Shown here in pieces: positions 8,162 to 19,294 of a stretch of 32,000 bases of DNA. The position numbers and the translations under genes are program-made. The DNA lies in the NCBI GenBank assembly GCA_000091165.1, contig FP565575.1, positions 1,830,001-1,862,000 of the forward strand. Reading direction: 5' to 3'. The DNA is from Candidatus Methylomirabilis oxygeniifera (GTDB lineage: Bacteria; Methylomirabilota; Methylomirabilia; Methylomirabilales; Methylomirabilaceae). Below the pieces are notes generated by a model, which ran no database searches, had not been told where the DNA came from, and worked only from the letters and a program-made list of their open reading frames with translations. The first letter of the stretch is position 1. Each line of letters starts with the position of its first letter.

Positions 8162-9298
8162 TCATTGGCTCGGTCCGCCTCCGAGAGGCCGATCGACCGA
8201 AGGTGACGACGACATGGCTGTATAGATTTCAAGGAAGGTCGAGAGCGTCACAAGCAACACGGGCCCCAGGATAAACCCGAGAATCCCGAATACCTGGAGG
8301 CCACCAAGCATCCCGAAAAACAGGAAAAGCGTCGGCAGATTGGTCCCGCCCGAGATGAGAGCCGGCTTCAGCACATTGTCGGCCGTGCTCACAACCACCG
8401 TTGACCAGGCGAGCAACAAGAGTCCGCGAATCCAGCCTCCCTCGAGAAACAGATAGAAAGCCGCCGGAATCCAGATCACCGCCGATCCGCCAACCGGCAG
8501 CAGCGAGAAGAGGGCGGTGGCCAGCCCGAGAAAGACCGGGTACGGGACACCAACGGCCCAGTACCCTACTCCTCCCAGGATGCCTTGCGCCAAAGCCGTG
8601 ACGATGGTACCGCGCACGACGGCCGATACGGCCTCGTAGAGGCGGGAAAAAAGCGCCTCGGCATGCTTTCGCTCAAGCGGTAAAATCCTTTGGAGGCTGT
8701 AAACGATCGCCTCACCATCTCTAAGCAGAAAGAAAAAAGTAAAGACCGCGAGAAAGAGATTGACCGTGAAGCTCAACAGGTTGATGGCGATCCCCTTCAG
8801 ATTGTCGACAATGAAGCTGCTGACCGCCCCCAGTCCGCCCAGCAACAGCGCGTTCAGATCGAAGCCCAGACGCGTGAAGGGCAGACTCACGCGATCCCAC
8901 AGGACCCGGCCGGCCATAACCGCCGGATGGGACGCGATCCCCGCCAGTCCCTCCTGCTGATAGACGCGTTCCGCCGCCTGATAGAAGCTTACCGCTTCTT
9001 GCGTCAGCACCCATCCACTGAGAATGGCCGGGATCATCACGGCAGCAATGACCGCAATCGTCAGTAAGAGGGCTGCGAGCCCGGACTTGCCACCAAGCCG
9101 GTGTAACAGGCGGCGGTAGACCGGTTGAAAGACAACGACCAAAATAACTGCCCAGAAAATCGGGGACGCAAAGGGAACGATAATCAGGTAGGTCAGATAG
9201 AGGAACAGGAGCAGAGATCCATAGAAGAACACTATGGAGACGCCGGTTCCGTTCCCGCTCCATCGCGCACGCATCCCCTCATCTTTCTTATCAGCCAT
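8162..9298 (-). CDS. AI-2E family (PerM/UPF0118) membrane transporter
   Basis: Polytopic membrane protein of typical length with a family-like C-terminal region (SLLPVGGSAVIWIPAAFYLF). The ORF is open to GTG 9307. ATG 9298 has a GGTGGAG SD just upstream. Confidence 0.8.
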   Translation of the reverse strand: MADKKDEGMRARWSGNGTGVSIVFFYGSLLLFLYLTYLIIVPFASPIFWAVILVVVFQPVYRRLLHRLGGKSGLAALLLTIAVIAAVMIPAILSGWVLTQEAVSFYQAAERVYQQEGLAGIASHPAVMAGRVLWDRVSLPFTRLGFDLNALLLGGLGAVSSFIVDNLKGIAINLLSFTVNLFLAVFTFFFLLRDGEAIVYSLQRILPLERKHAEALFSRLYEAVSAVVRGTIVTALAQGILGGVGYWAVGVPYPVFLGLATALFSLLPVGGSAVIWIPAAFYLFLEGGWIRGLLLLAWSTVVVSTADNVLKPALISGGTNLPTLFLFFGMLGGLQVFGILGFILGPVLLVTLSTFLEIYTAMSSSPSVDRPLGGGPSQ

Positions 9299-9325
9299 TG
9301 TCTCCACCCTCTGAGTCTGTTCGGC

Positions 9326-10225
9326 TCAATCGAAGAGTTCCGGATCTGCATTGTCGTTCCGGATACAGGCGCATACCATCTGCGCGGTATTCCTCGCCAT
9401 GCCGATTCGGCCGTATCGATCCAGCAGGATGATGCCGGCCTCGGCGCCGATCCTGGCCGTCAGCTCACCGACAGCGAGCCTGGCTGCCGCCATCGGATCT
9501 TCGCCGTTCTGAAGAAATTCGAGGGCCGTCTTTGCAAGCACCAGCTTGATGATCGCCTCCCCATCGCCGGTGCAACTGACCGCGCCAAGCCGATCGTCGG
9601 CGTAGGTCCCGCAGCCGATCAGCGCAGAGTCGCCCACGCGGCCGGGCGCCTTGAGCGGCAATCCGCCCGTCGAAGTGGCTGCGGCCAGATGTCCAGTTCG
9701 GTCGAGGGCGACAGCACCGACCGTGCCGACACCCTCGGCGTTATCCTCTCGCATGGTCGTCCATCCGGCGCGCTGGCGCTCCGTGATCAGCGCGTCGACC
9801 TCGCACTCCGCAATCCCGACCGTGGCGGCGAACTGTCCGGCGCCATCCCCCACAAGCAGAACCGGCCCGCCCGCCTCCATCACGGCTCTCGCGAGCATCA
9901 CCGGATTGGCGATTCGCTTCACGGCGCCAATGGCTCCGGCTGCCAGGTTTCGGCCATCCATAATCGAGGCGTCAAGCTCGATCTCTCCATCACGATTCAG
10001 GCAGGCGCCTCGGCCGGCGTTAAAAGCCGGATCATCCTCCAGCATCTTGACGGCCTGCTCGACGGCCTCCACCGCAGAGACTCCGGCTGTGAGCAGTTGC
10101 CATCCATGTGTAACGGCTGCCCGAATACCCGCACGCCGTGCCTCAATCAGGTCGGGCGCTACCTTGCCTGCTCCACCATGAACGACAATCACAGGACCGA
10201 ACGATCTAGCGGTGATCAATCCCAC
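9326..10225 (-). CDS. Isoaspartyl peptidase / L-asparaginase (Ntn-hydrolase, plant-type asparaginase family)
   Basis: Family motifs are present: VVHGGAG, the autoprocessing site GTVGAVALD, GGLPLKAPGRVGDSALIGCG and CTGDGE. The start is GTG. Confidence 0.9.
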   Translation of the reverse strand: MGLITARSFGPVIVVHGGAGKVAPDLIEARRAGIRAAVTHGWQLLTAGVSAVEAVEQAVKMLEDDPAFNAGRGACLNRDGEIELDASIMDGRNLAAGAIGAVKRIANPVMLARAVMEAGGPVLLVGDGAGQFAATVGIAECEVDALITERQRAGWTTMREDNAEGVGTVGAVALDRTGHLAAATSTGGLPLKAPGRVGDSALIGCGTYADDRLGAVSCTGDGEAIIKLVLAKTALEFLQNGEDPMAAARLAVGELTARIGAEAGIILLDRYGRIGMARNTAQMVCACIRNDNADPELFD

Positions 10226-10229
10226 CTCT

Positions 10230-11525
10230 TCACTGTTCTTGTTTGGCTCGGAACGCCTCAGCCATGGCGATCCGCTCCAAGACCGGAGGGTGAGTATACA
10301 GGAGCCACACTATCATTCGCGGTGGATCGATATCTGCAAGATTCGACCTGGCAAGTGTCACCTCGGACGCGATGAAGGCTCCGGGGTTACCACTGAGTTG
10401 AAGCGATTCGCAGTCGGCTTCTCGTTCGAAGGATCGCGAAATAGCCATCTGAATCGGCGTCGTCAGGATGGTAAGGGCGAGAAAGAGGAGCAGCAGGAGC
10501 GGCAACGATACGGGGTCAGCCGGATGAATAAAGCCGAAGCGTCCGGAGTCGGCCGCGGCATGAAGAAGACGAGCGATCAGCCACAGGGCCCCAAGCGCCG
10601 AGACCGCACTGATAGCCATCCCCTTCCAGGTGTGGTGTCGCCTCCAATGGCCCAGTTCATGCGCCACGACCAGCTCTACCTCCTCATGGGTCGCGGCGGT
10701 CAGCAGGGTATCGTACAGAACGATCCGCCTCGATGGTCCAAGCCCTGTGAAGTAGGCATTGGTCTTCGCAGTCTTACGGCTGGCATCGATCTCCAGGATC
10801 GGCCCTACCGCCACACCCGCCCGATCCGTCAACACGCGGATACGCTCCACCAATCCTTTATCCTGCACCGGTCGGAACGTATGAAACAGCGGATCCAGAA
10901 GGATCGGAGACAGCTCTGCAAGCAGGCTCGTCACAAGAACGACGACACCCCATACCGGCAGATACCAACGGGCCGGATCCCATCTGATAAACCCATAGAG
11001 CAGCATCAACAGCGGGAGCATGACTCCCACGTTGATCAGCGCCCCTTTTGTGTAATCCCACGCCCACGCGGCAAACGTCTGACGAGAGAGCCCAAACATA
11101 TGCTCGCGAAGGAAACCGCCGTACAGGCTGACGGGAAAGGTGACCGCATGATACGATAGAGCCAGCACGAGACCGAACACCACAATGGTCAGCCATACGC
11201 GCCCGCCCGCAACTGAGACGCTGAGATCGCGAATCTTTGCAGACAGTGGGCTCAGGGTCAGGAGCCCAAACAGGCCAAGGGTCAACGCCATTCGCACACC
11301 GTACAACAGATATCGCCCCCTGGCGTACGCCCGCCCGTTAGCCAACTCCTCAGCGGTAAAATACTGTCGAGCCTTATCGGCGAAGGATACATGCGGGCCC
11401 GAAGGCGGCGTGTCGCCTCCAGGCGCCTGCCGTTCAAGTGAAATCGTCGCCCCGGCAAGCGCCAGCAAGAACACCAGAAGTGACCATTGCGGTAACATGC
11501 AATACGGACCTCGAGAAGGAGTCAT
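10230..11525 (-). CDS. M48-family zinc metallopeptidase (Ste24/HtpX-like), membrane-bound
   Basis: Several N-terminal TM segments, zinc motif VVAHELGHWRRHH, and a downstream FEREAD glutamate. The gene is 4 nt from its neighbours on each side. Confidence 0.85.
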   Translation of the reverse strand: MTPSRGPYCMLPQWSLLVFLLALAGATISLERQAPGGDTPPSGPHVSFADKARQYFTAEELANGRAYARGRYLLYGVRMALTLGLFGLLTLSPLSAKIRDLSVSVAGGRVWLTIVVFGLVLALSYHAVTFPVSLYGGFLREHMFGLSRQTFAAWAWDYTKGALINVGVMLPLLMLLYGFIRWDPARWYLPVWGVVVLVTSLLAELSPILLDPLFHTFRPVQDKGLVERIRVLTDRAGVAVGPILEIDASRKTAKTNAYFTGLGPSRRIVLYDTLLTAATHEEVELVVAHELGHWRRHHTWKGMAISAVSALGALWLIARLLHAAADSGRFGFIHPADPVSLPLLLLLFLALTILTTPIQMAISRSFEREADCESLQLSGNPGAFIASEVTLARSNLADIDPPRMIVWLLYTHPPVLERIAMAEAFRAKQEQ

Positions 11526-11529
11526 CTGA

Positions 11530-12015
11530 TCAATTCAACAGACCGAACACCTTGTGCAGTTCGATGCGGGCCGCAACATAATCCGGCTCAATCTCCAGCG
11601 CCTTCTTCAGCTCTCTGATCGCCTCGTCGTACCTCCCCTTCCGCACAAGGACTCGGCCCATATTCATGTAGGGGTAATGGCGAGGTTCGTATCGCTTCGC
11701 GACCATGGCCTTCTCGAGCCACGGAATCGCCTCATCATACTCTCCCTTCTCAATCAGGTAGACACCGATGTCGTTGTACGGATTGCCGAAATCAGGGTCG
11801 ACCCGGATGGCAGCCTCGCACTCCTTGATGGCCTCGTCAATCTGTCCCTGAAAGCTGTACGCCCACCCCAGGAAGGTATGAGCCTCGGCCGTCGCATACA
11901 GCTCGATAGACCGCTTATAGGCCGCGATTGCGCCATGCAGATCTCCGTTCGCTTGCAATCGATATCCCTCTTTGAAGTAGAATTCCGCCAGCTCAAGTCG
12001 TCCCGGATCAGGCAT
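11530..12015 (-). CDS. Tetratricopeptide (TPR) repeat protein
   Basis: Repeated A-x-x-x-Y-x-x-A-I/L-x-x-x-P helical pairs (AIAAYKRSIEL, AIKECEAAIRVDPDF, AIPWLEKAM, AIRELKKALEIEPDY). ATG 12015 has an AGGTGA SD. The ORF is open to GTG 12024. Confidence 0.8.
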   Translation of the reverse strand: MPDPGRLELAEFYFKEGYRLQANGDLHGAIAAYKRSIELYATAEAHTFLGWAYSFQGQIDEAIKECEAAIRVDPDFGNPYNDIGVYLIEKGEYDEAIPWLEKAMVAKRYEPRHYPYMNMGRVLVRKGRYDEAIRELKKALEIEPDYVAARIELHKVFGLLN

Positions 12016-12097
12016 GATCTTCACCTATTGTGACCTTATTCGCAGGCACGGCGAGGGTCAGTCTTACTCTATAATTGTAACTACTTAGGCATTTAGA

Positions 12098-12172
12098 CTG
12101 AAGGCTGAAGGCCATAAATTGCTATTGCGTGATCACGCGTGACGTACCCCTAACAGCCTTCAGTATTCAGCC
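12098..12172. repeat. Inverted repeat whose arms are tandem heptamers, flanking a 12-bp palindrome
   Basis: Left arm is CTGAAGG CTGAAGG (12098-12111). Right arm is CCTTCAG TATTCAG (12157-12170). By my pairing the arms match at about 14 of 17 positions. The centre contains the perfect palindrome GCGTGATCACGC (12127-12138). Confidence 0.6.
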
Positions 12173-12246
12173 TATCCACCTCTGATTTACTCTTTCATTC
12201 TACCACGTGAACAGATTGTGCTGCGTCTTGAAATGAGCCCCTGTGC

Positions 12247-13377
12247 TCAGCCGAGTTTTTTGTGGAAGCGGAGAATGCTGGTCGTAATCAGGACAGTCCC
12301 AATGGCGGTTAGAACCAGCAGATGGGTCCAGAGATACGAGATCCCGATCCCCTTCAGCATGATCCCCCGGACAATCTCCACATAATAGGTGAGAGGAATG
12401 ACGTACGCAATGCTCTTGGCCAAGGGCGGCATTCCCTCGATCGGGAAGAGCACGCCGGAGAGATAGACCGACGGAACAAAGATGAAATACGCGAGCTGCA
12501 TGGCCTGATGCTGGCTCCTGGCGATGGTGGATAACAGGATGCCGAGACCCAAGGTCCCCATGATGAAGAACAGAGACAGAAAGTACAGAAGGGGCAAACT
12601 GCCGCGTATCGGAATATCAAAGAACCAGACGCCGAACACGAGGGCGAATGTCATCTGCGCATAGGCGATGACAACATTCGGCACAATCTTCCCGATCATC
12701 AACTCCCAGCGGCGCAGCGGGCTGACGATCAGCGCCTCGAGCGTTCCGCGCTCACGCTCCCGTACTACGACCATCGCAACGATGGTGATGGTGGTTTGCA
12801 TCAGGATGAAGCTCAGCAAGCCCGGAATAATGAAGATGGCGCTCACGAGGTCCGGGTTATACCAGGCCCGGACTCGGACATCCAGTGGAGTCGGGGGTGT
12901 GACCCGACCGGCGCTCCGCTGCAGCGTCTCCGATGCGATCCGCAGCGAACCCACCTGACCGATGGCGTTGGCCGCATTGATAGCCGATGTCGCCACCAGC
13001 GGGTCCGAGGCGTCGACGATTACCTGGATCTGGGTGACACGCTGCTGCTTGAGCGAGCGGGCGTAGTCAGGTGGAAAGATGATCCCCACCTTCGCTTTGC
13101 CGCCGTCGATGAGGTATGTGATCCGTTCATAGCTGTCTACATGATAGTCAAGGTTGAAATACTGAGAATTGGTAAACGCATGAAGGAGATCTCGACTCTC
13201 AGGCGTCCGGGACTGATCGAGGACAGCAGTCGGCATATGCTTGACGTCGGTATTGATGGCCCAGCCGATGATGCCGAGGACCATCATCGGCATAAACAGC
13301 ATCATCCCTAGCGTAAAGCGGTCGCGCCACATCTGGATAAACTCCTTGCGGATCATACCGAGCAGACGCGACTTCAT
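12247..13377 (-). CDS. ABC-2 type transporter permease
   Basis: 376 aa with an N-terminal TM segment, a large extracytoplasmic loop and a C-terminal cluster of five TM segments, typical of the YbhR/YhhJ-like ABC-2 family. Its start overlaps the upstream ATPase stop (ATGA). Confidence 0.9.
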   Translation of the reverse strand: MKSRLLGMIRKEFIQMWRDRFTLGMMLFMPMMVLGIIGWAINTDVKHMPTAVLDQSRTPESRDLLHAFTNSQYFNLDYHVDSYERITYLIDGGKAKVGIIFPPDYARSLKQQRVTQIQVIVDASDPLVATSAINAANAIGQVGSLRIASETLQRSAGRVTPPTPLDVRVRAWYNPDLVSAIFIIPGLLSFILMQTTITIVAMVVVRERERGTLEALIVSPLRRWELMIGKIVPNVVIAYAQMTFALVFGVWFFDIPIRGSLPLLYFLSLFFIMGTLGLGILLSTIARSQHQAMQLAYFIFVPSVYLSGVLFPIEGMPPLAKSIAYVIPLTYYVEIVRGIMLKGIGISYLWTHLLVLTAIGTVLITTSILRFHKKLG

Positions 13378-14366
13378 ATCCCGCCCTCCCGCATTCGCTT
13401 GAGCTGCGCCCGGAGGGAGCGCCGGTCGACCAGGCCGACGAATGAGACAAAGATATCCTCGATCGACGGGATCGCCGCCTCAACTCGGTTGACCTTGAGC
13501 TGCTCACCGGTCAGGCGGGCCTCCACCTCAGTGGGTGACAGGCTCTTGTCCTCCGTGACAACGTGGATCGTGTTCCCGAACCGGACGACTTCCGCCACGC
13601 CGAGAAGTGTTTCAAGGAATATCGCGGCCTCCCGCATCGGCTGGCATTCGATCTCAATCACCTGCCCTTTCAGGGCGTTCGCCTTGATCTCCTCACGGCC
13701 TCCCTGGGCCGTAATCCGACCCTGGTAGATGAATCCCAGACTGTCGCAGTGCTCCGCTTCGTCCATGTAGTGAGTCGTGGCCACGATGGTGATCCCTTCC
13801 TCTGACAGTCGGTAGATCAAGTCCCAAAAGTTACGACGGGAGACCGGATCGACCCCGGCTGTCGGCTCATCCAGGAAGAGCAGTTCCGGCTTGTGAATAA
13901 TACTGCACCCTAAGGCCAGGCGCTGCTTCCAGCCGCCAGACAGGTGGGCTGCCAATGCGCTCTCGCGTCCGGTCAGGTCGGCCATCTGAACCATCTGCTC
14001 GATCCGAGCCCGCTTCATGCCGTTGGGGACCGAGTAGAGACTGGCGTAAAAGTCGAGGTTCTCCCGGACCGTCAGATCCTCGTACAGGCTGAACCGTTGG
14101 GACATATAGCCGATCTTTTCCTTGATCCGCTCCGGCTCCGTCGCAATATCGTAACCCAACACATTCCCTGATCCCTCGGTCGGGTCCAGCAGCCCGCACA
14201 GCATCCGAATGGTCGTAGACTTCCCAGCCCCGTTGGGACCGAGGAATCCGTAGATCTCGCCCCGCTTAATCCGCAAGTCCACATGGTCCACGGCAACGAT
14301 CTTGCCGAATCGCCGTGTCAGTCCTTCGGTAAGGACGGCGTAACTGTCCGGGTCAGACTCAGCCAT
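13374..14366 (-). CDS. ABC transporter ATP-binding protein
   Basis: Walker A is GPNGAGKST, signature is LSGGWKQR, Walker B is LLFLDEPT. ATG 14366 overlaps the HlyD stop by 8 nt (ATGGCTGA). The ORF is open to 14441, but that extension is low-complexity. Confidence 0.9.
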   Translation of the reverse strand: MAESDPDSYAVLTEGLTRRFGKIVAVDHVDLRIKRGEIYGFLGPNGAGKSTTIRMLCGLLDPTEGSGNVLGYDIATEPERIKEKIGYMSQRFSLYEDLTVRENLDFYASLYSVPNGMKRARIEQMVQMADLTGRESALAAHLSGGWKQRLALGCSIIHKPELLFLDEPTAGVDPVSRRNFWDLIYRLSEEGITIVATTHYMDEAEHCDSLGFIYQGRITAQGGREEIKANALKGQVIEIECQPMREAAIFLETLLGVAEVVRFGNTIHVVTEDKSLSPTEVEARLTGEQLKVNRVEAAIPSIEDIFVSFVGLVDRRSLRAQLKRMREGGI

Positions 14367-15414
14367 TGAGACGACTCCAATCGGCGGACGGCAAACGGCC
14401 GGTTCGCTGCGATCCTTCGCCTCCTGTCTTGATCTCGGCATCGGCCGGCATCCCCGACTTCAGCAAGCGCTCGTGATTATTCAGGCGGATCTTGACCCCA
14501 AAGACCAGGTTCACACGCTCCTTCTTGGTCTGAACTGTGCGAGGGGTAAATTCGGCCTTCGAGCTGATCTCGACCACCTTCCCCTCGAAGCGCCGATTCG
14601 GGAATGAATCGACAGCGACTGACGCCTCCTGGCCGATACTCACCAGCCCGATCTCCGACTCCGGGATGTAGACACGCAGCCACAGATCATCGGGATCGAT
14701 GAGGATCACAATGGGAAACCCGGGATTAACAACCTCTCCCTGCTCGGCTCGCTTGGTCAGGACGATGGCCGTAAGTGGCGCAAGGATGGTGCTATCGCGA
14801 AGTCGGACCTGGGCCATTCCGAGCGTCGCCTTTGCCCGATCACGTTCATGACGAGCTGCCTCGATCGTCTCCGGTCGAGGACCCACTCGGACCAATTCGT
14901 ACCGTTCGCGGGTTGCCCTAACCTGGCTTGACGCTACCTCGACCTTGTTCTTGGCCTGGTCTCGCTCTTGCGCTGAGATGGCCCCCTCTTTGAAGAGGTT
15001 ATCGAATCGGTCCCACTCATCCTTGGCCAGCTTCAGGTTATCCTCCGCCTGCTGCAGGTTGGCGCGCGCCTCTTCGATCTCTTGAAGGCGCGAGCCTGCG
15101 AGCAGCTCTTTGAGCTGCGCCCCGGCCATGGCCAGCGCCGCCTGCGCTTGCGTCACTTCTGCCTCGATCTCAGAGGTGTCGAGACGAGCGATGACCTGAT
15201 TGGCCTGGACTTGGTCGCCCTCCTTCACCAGGAGCTGGGCGAGACGACCCGGCAGCTTCGAGCTGACCTCGACCTCGGTAGCCTCGATCGTCCCATTCGC
15301 CACAAGGACGTCGCCGCCCCCCTTTTCGCGGACCAGCCCCCAGCCGACGAAGAGTGCAGCACCGGCCAATGCCAGCGCAACAAGCAACGCTATCTTTCGT
15401 TTCTGATCCGCCAC
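14359..15414 (-). CDS. HlyD-family membrane fusion / secretion adaptor protein
   Basis: N-terminal TM anchor, a long coiled-coil region (EIEAEVTQAQAALAMAGAQLKELL...), and a C-terminal beta-barrel-like region. GTG start with an AGAGGG SD. Confidence 0.9.
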   Translation of the reverse strand: MADQKRKIALLVALALAGAALFVGWGLVREKGGGDVLVANGTIEATEVEVSSKLPGRLAQLLVKEGDQVQANQVIARLDTSEIEAEVTQAQAALAMAGAQLKELLAGSRLQEIEEARANLQQAEDNLKLAKDEWDRFDNLFKEGAISAQERDQAKNKVEVASSQVRATRERYELVRVGPRPETIEAARHERDRAKATLGMAQVRLRDSTILAPLTAIVLTKRAEQGEVVNPGFPIVILIDPDDLWLRVYIPESEIGLVSIGQEASVAVDSFPNRRFEGKVVEISSKAEFTPRTVQTKKERVNLVFGVKIRLNNHERLLKSGMPADAEIKTGGEGSQRTGRLPSADWSRLNG

Positions 15415-15442
15415 TTACCCTCTTGTCGGCCTATGACAATAT

Positions 15443-17527
<2,085 letters not shown>

Positions 17528-17679
17528 TTATAAATAGAGGGGTTTCACGCTGTCACTCTCAGCCTATTGGTAGCAGACTTTATGTAGCGAGGCAAGGTAA
17601 TTCGGCCCTTAAACCCTTGCCGAGGTGGGCTGTCTAATCAGGCAAACAGTGACAACAACCACAACAGGAGGGAACGATC

Positions 17680-17937
17680 ATGAAACAGTATCTGTCGAAA
17701 CTGGTCGTCATGGCGCTCGTAATCGGTGGATTGGTTGCCATCGCTCACCCGGCTCTGGCATGGGTCCGAGTTGGGATCAACGTCGGGGTCCCGTACCCGG
17801 TAGTCGTCGCTCGCGCTCCTGTTGTGGCGCCGGCTCCCGGATGGCGTATGCGACCTGCGCCTGTCTATTATCAGTCTGTCTGGGTTCCTGGACACGTCAA
17901 CCGATGGGGTGTCCGAGTCCCTGGCCACTGGCGGTAA
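17680..17937 (+). CDS. Small secreted protein with WxPGHW-type repeats (WXXGXW-repeat-like)
   Basis: Strong SD AGGAGGG before the ATG. Signal peptide MKQYLSKLVVMALVIGGLVAIAHPALA. The mature part is Pro/Val/Trp-rich, with VWVPGHV and RVPGHWR. Confidence 0.6.
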   Translation: MKQYLSKLVVMALVIGGLVAIAHPALAWVRVGINVGVPYPVVVARAPVVAPAPGWRMRPAPVYYQSVWVPGHVNRWGVRVPGHWR

Positions 17938-17973
17938 ACGCGTTCTGCTCCTCCTGCCCTCCCCTGCCTCCGA

Positions 17974-18016
17974 CCGCTAAGGGACCGATCGTCAGATTGG
18001 TCTCTTAGCGGTTTTC
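17974..18016 (+). terminator. Intrinsic terminator after the small secreted protein gene
   Basis: CCGCTAAGGGACC (17974-17986) pairs with GGTCTCTTAGCGG (17999-18011) with one mismatch, followed by TTTTCT. Confidence 0.6.
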
Positions 18017-18045
18017 TGGTTGTTCTTTGGGCTCCGTTCATCACC

Positions 18046-18074
18046 TTGACATTTGCGCGCGTCTTCTGTAGGGT
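18046..18074 (+). promoter_or_regulatory. Candidate sigma-70-type promoter for the 93-aa ORF
   Basis: TTGACA (18046-18051), a 17-nt spacer, then TAGGGT (18069-18074). Confidence 0.4.
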
Positions 18075-18113
18075 GACTCTCAAGCTCAGGATCATGCGGC
18101 ATCGGTATGCGCG

Positions 18114-18395
18114 ATGGTCGAGGCAACGGTTCTCCAACAGCTTGAAAAGTTAGCTGACCAGCTTGGCGTAAAGGTCCTCTACGAGAACCTGGATCAGCAG
18201 GAATTCGTCGTGAGAAGCGGCGCCTGCACGCTGCGGGGGCAGCTTGTAGTCATCATTGATCACCGCCTTGCGCCGGGCAATCGAATCCAGGTCCTCGCCG
18301 ATTGCCTGTCACGATTCGACCTATCTGCCATCTATCTGGTTCCGGCTGTTCGTGAATTGATTGAAGCGCGACGAGCTACGCCGCCTGCGACATAG
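18114..18395 (+). CDS. Hypothetical small protein (93 aa)
   Basis: Clean ORF with protein-like composition and its own candidate promoter. There is no obvious SD and I recognise no family. Confidence 0.5.
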   Translation: MVEATVLQQLEKLADQLGVKVLYENLDQQEFVVRSGACTLRGQLVVIIDHRLAPGNRIQVLADCLSRFDLSAIYLVPAVRELIEARRATPPAT

Positions 18396-18574
18396 GAGGA
18401 CTGACGTGGGAACGCCAATGAGCCAACAGGCCATGAGCGTATTTTTTGGACGGCAGAAGGTCTGCCGGCCGGCCGACTGTGGATCGCCAAGGCCGGCCGC
18501 ACGGCGTCCCTGTACAGGTAGTGATCTGGGATTACAGTCAAAAGATTCTCAAGTCGGACGTCTGAAGATTGGGC

Positions 18575-18602
18575 TTGACAGTATTGCGCCTTCCGCTACA
18601 AT
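18575..18602 (+). promoter_or_regulatory. Candidate promoter of the pyr operon
   Basis: TTGACA (18575-18580), a 16-nt spacer, then TACAAT (18597-18602). This places the transcription start next to the PyrR-binding hairpin. Confidence 0.6.
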
Positions 18603-18609
18603 AAATTAA

Positions 18610-18642
18610 CCTTTTAATCGAACTCAGAGAGGTTCGAAAAGG
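18610..18642 (+). promoter_or_regulatory. PyrR-binding anti-antiterminator hairpin (PyrR binding site RNA)
   Basis: Lower stem is CCUUUU/AAAAGG and upper stem is CGAAC/GUUCG, with loop UCAGAGAG. This resembles the conserved (U)CCAGAGAGG PyrR-binding loop known from Bacillus pyr leaders. A second CGAAC (18686-18690) can compete for GUUCG to form an antiterminator. Confidence 0.75.
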
Positions 18643-18674
18643 AGATGCAGTGGGAATATCTCAAGACATTCTAG

Positions 18675-19283
<609 letters not shown>

Positions 19284-19294
19284 GAAAGGACGCA

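Noticed and set aside
9125-11159. Long plus-strand ORFs (416 aa and 315 aa) opposite the asparaginase and M48 peptidase genes
   Set aside because: They are antisense to genes with clear family motifs. The products are Arg/Gly/Pro/Ser/His-rich low-complexity sequence with no recognisable domains, and there are no SD signals.
18407-18609. 67-codon ORF starting at a GTG 5 nt after a strong AGGAGGA, just after the 93-aa ORF
   Set aside because: Third-position GC falls well below that of neighbouring genes. The frame runs straight through the pyr promoter (-35 and -10), and the product is low-complexity. The SD-like sequence may be fortuitous. It is worth checking only with ribosome profiling.
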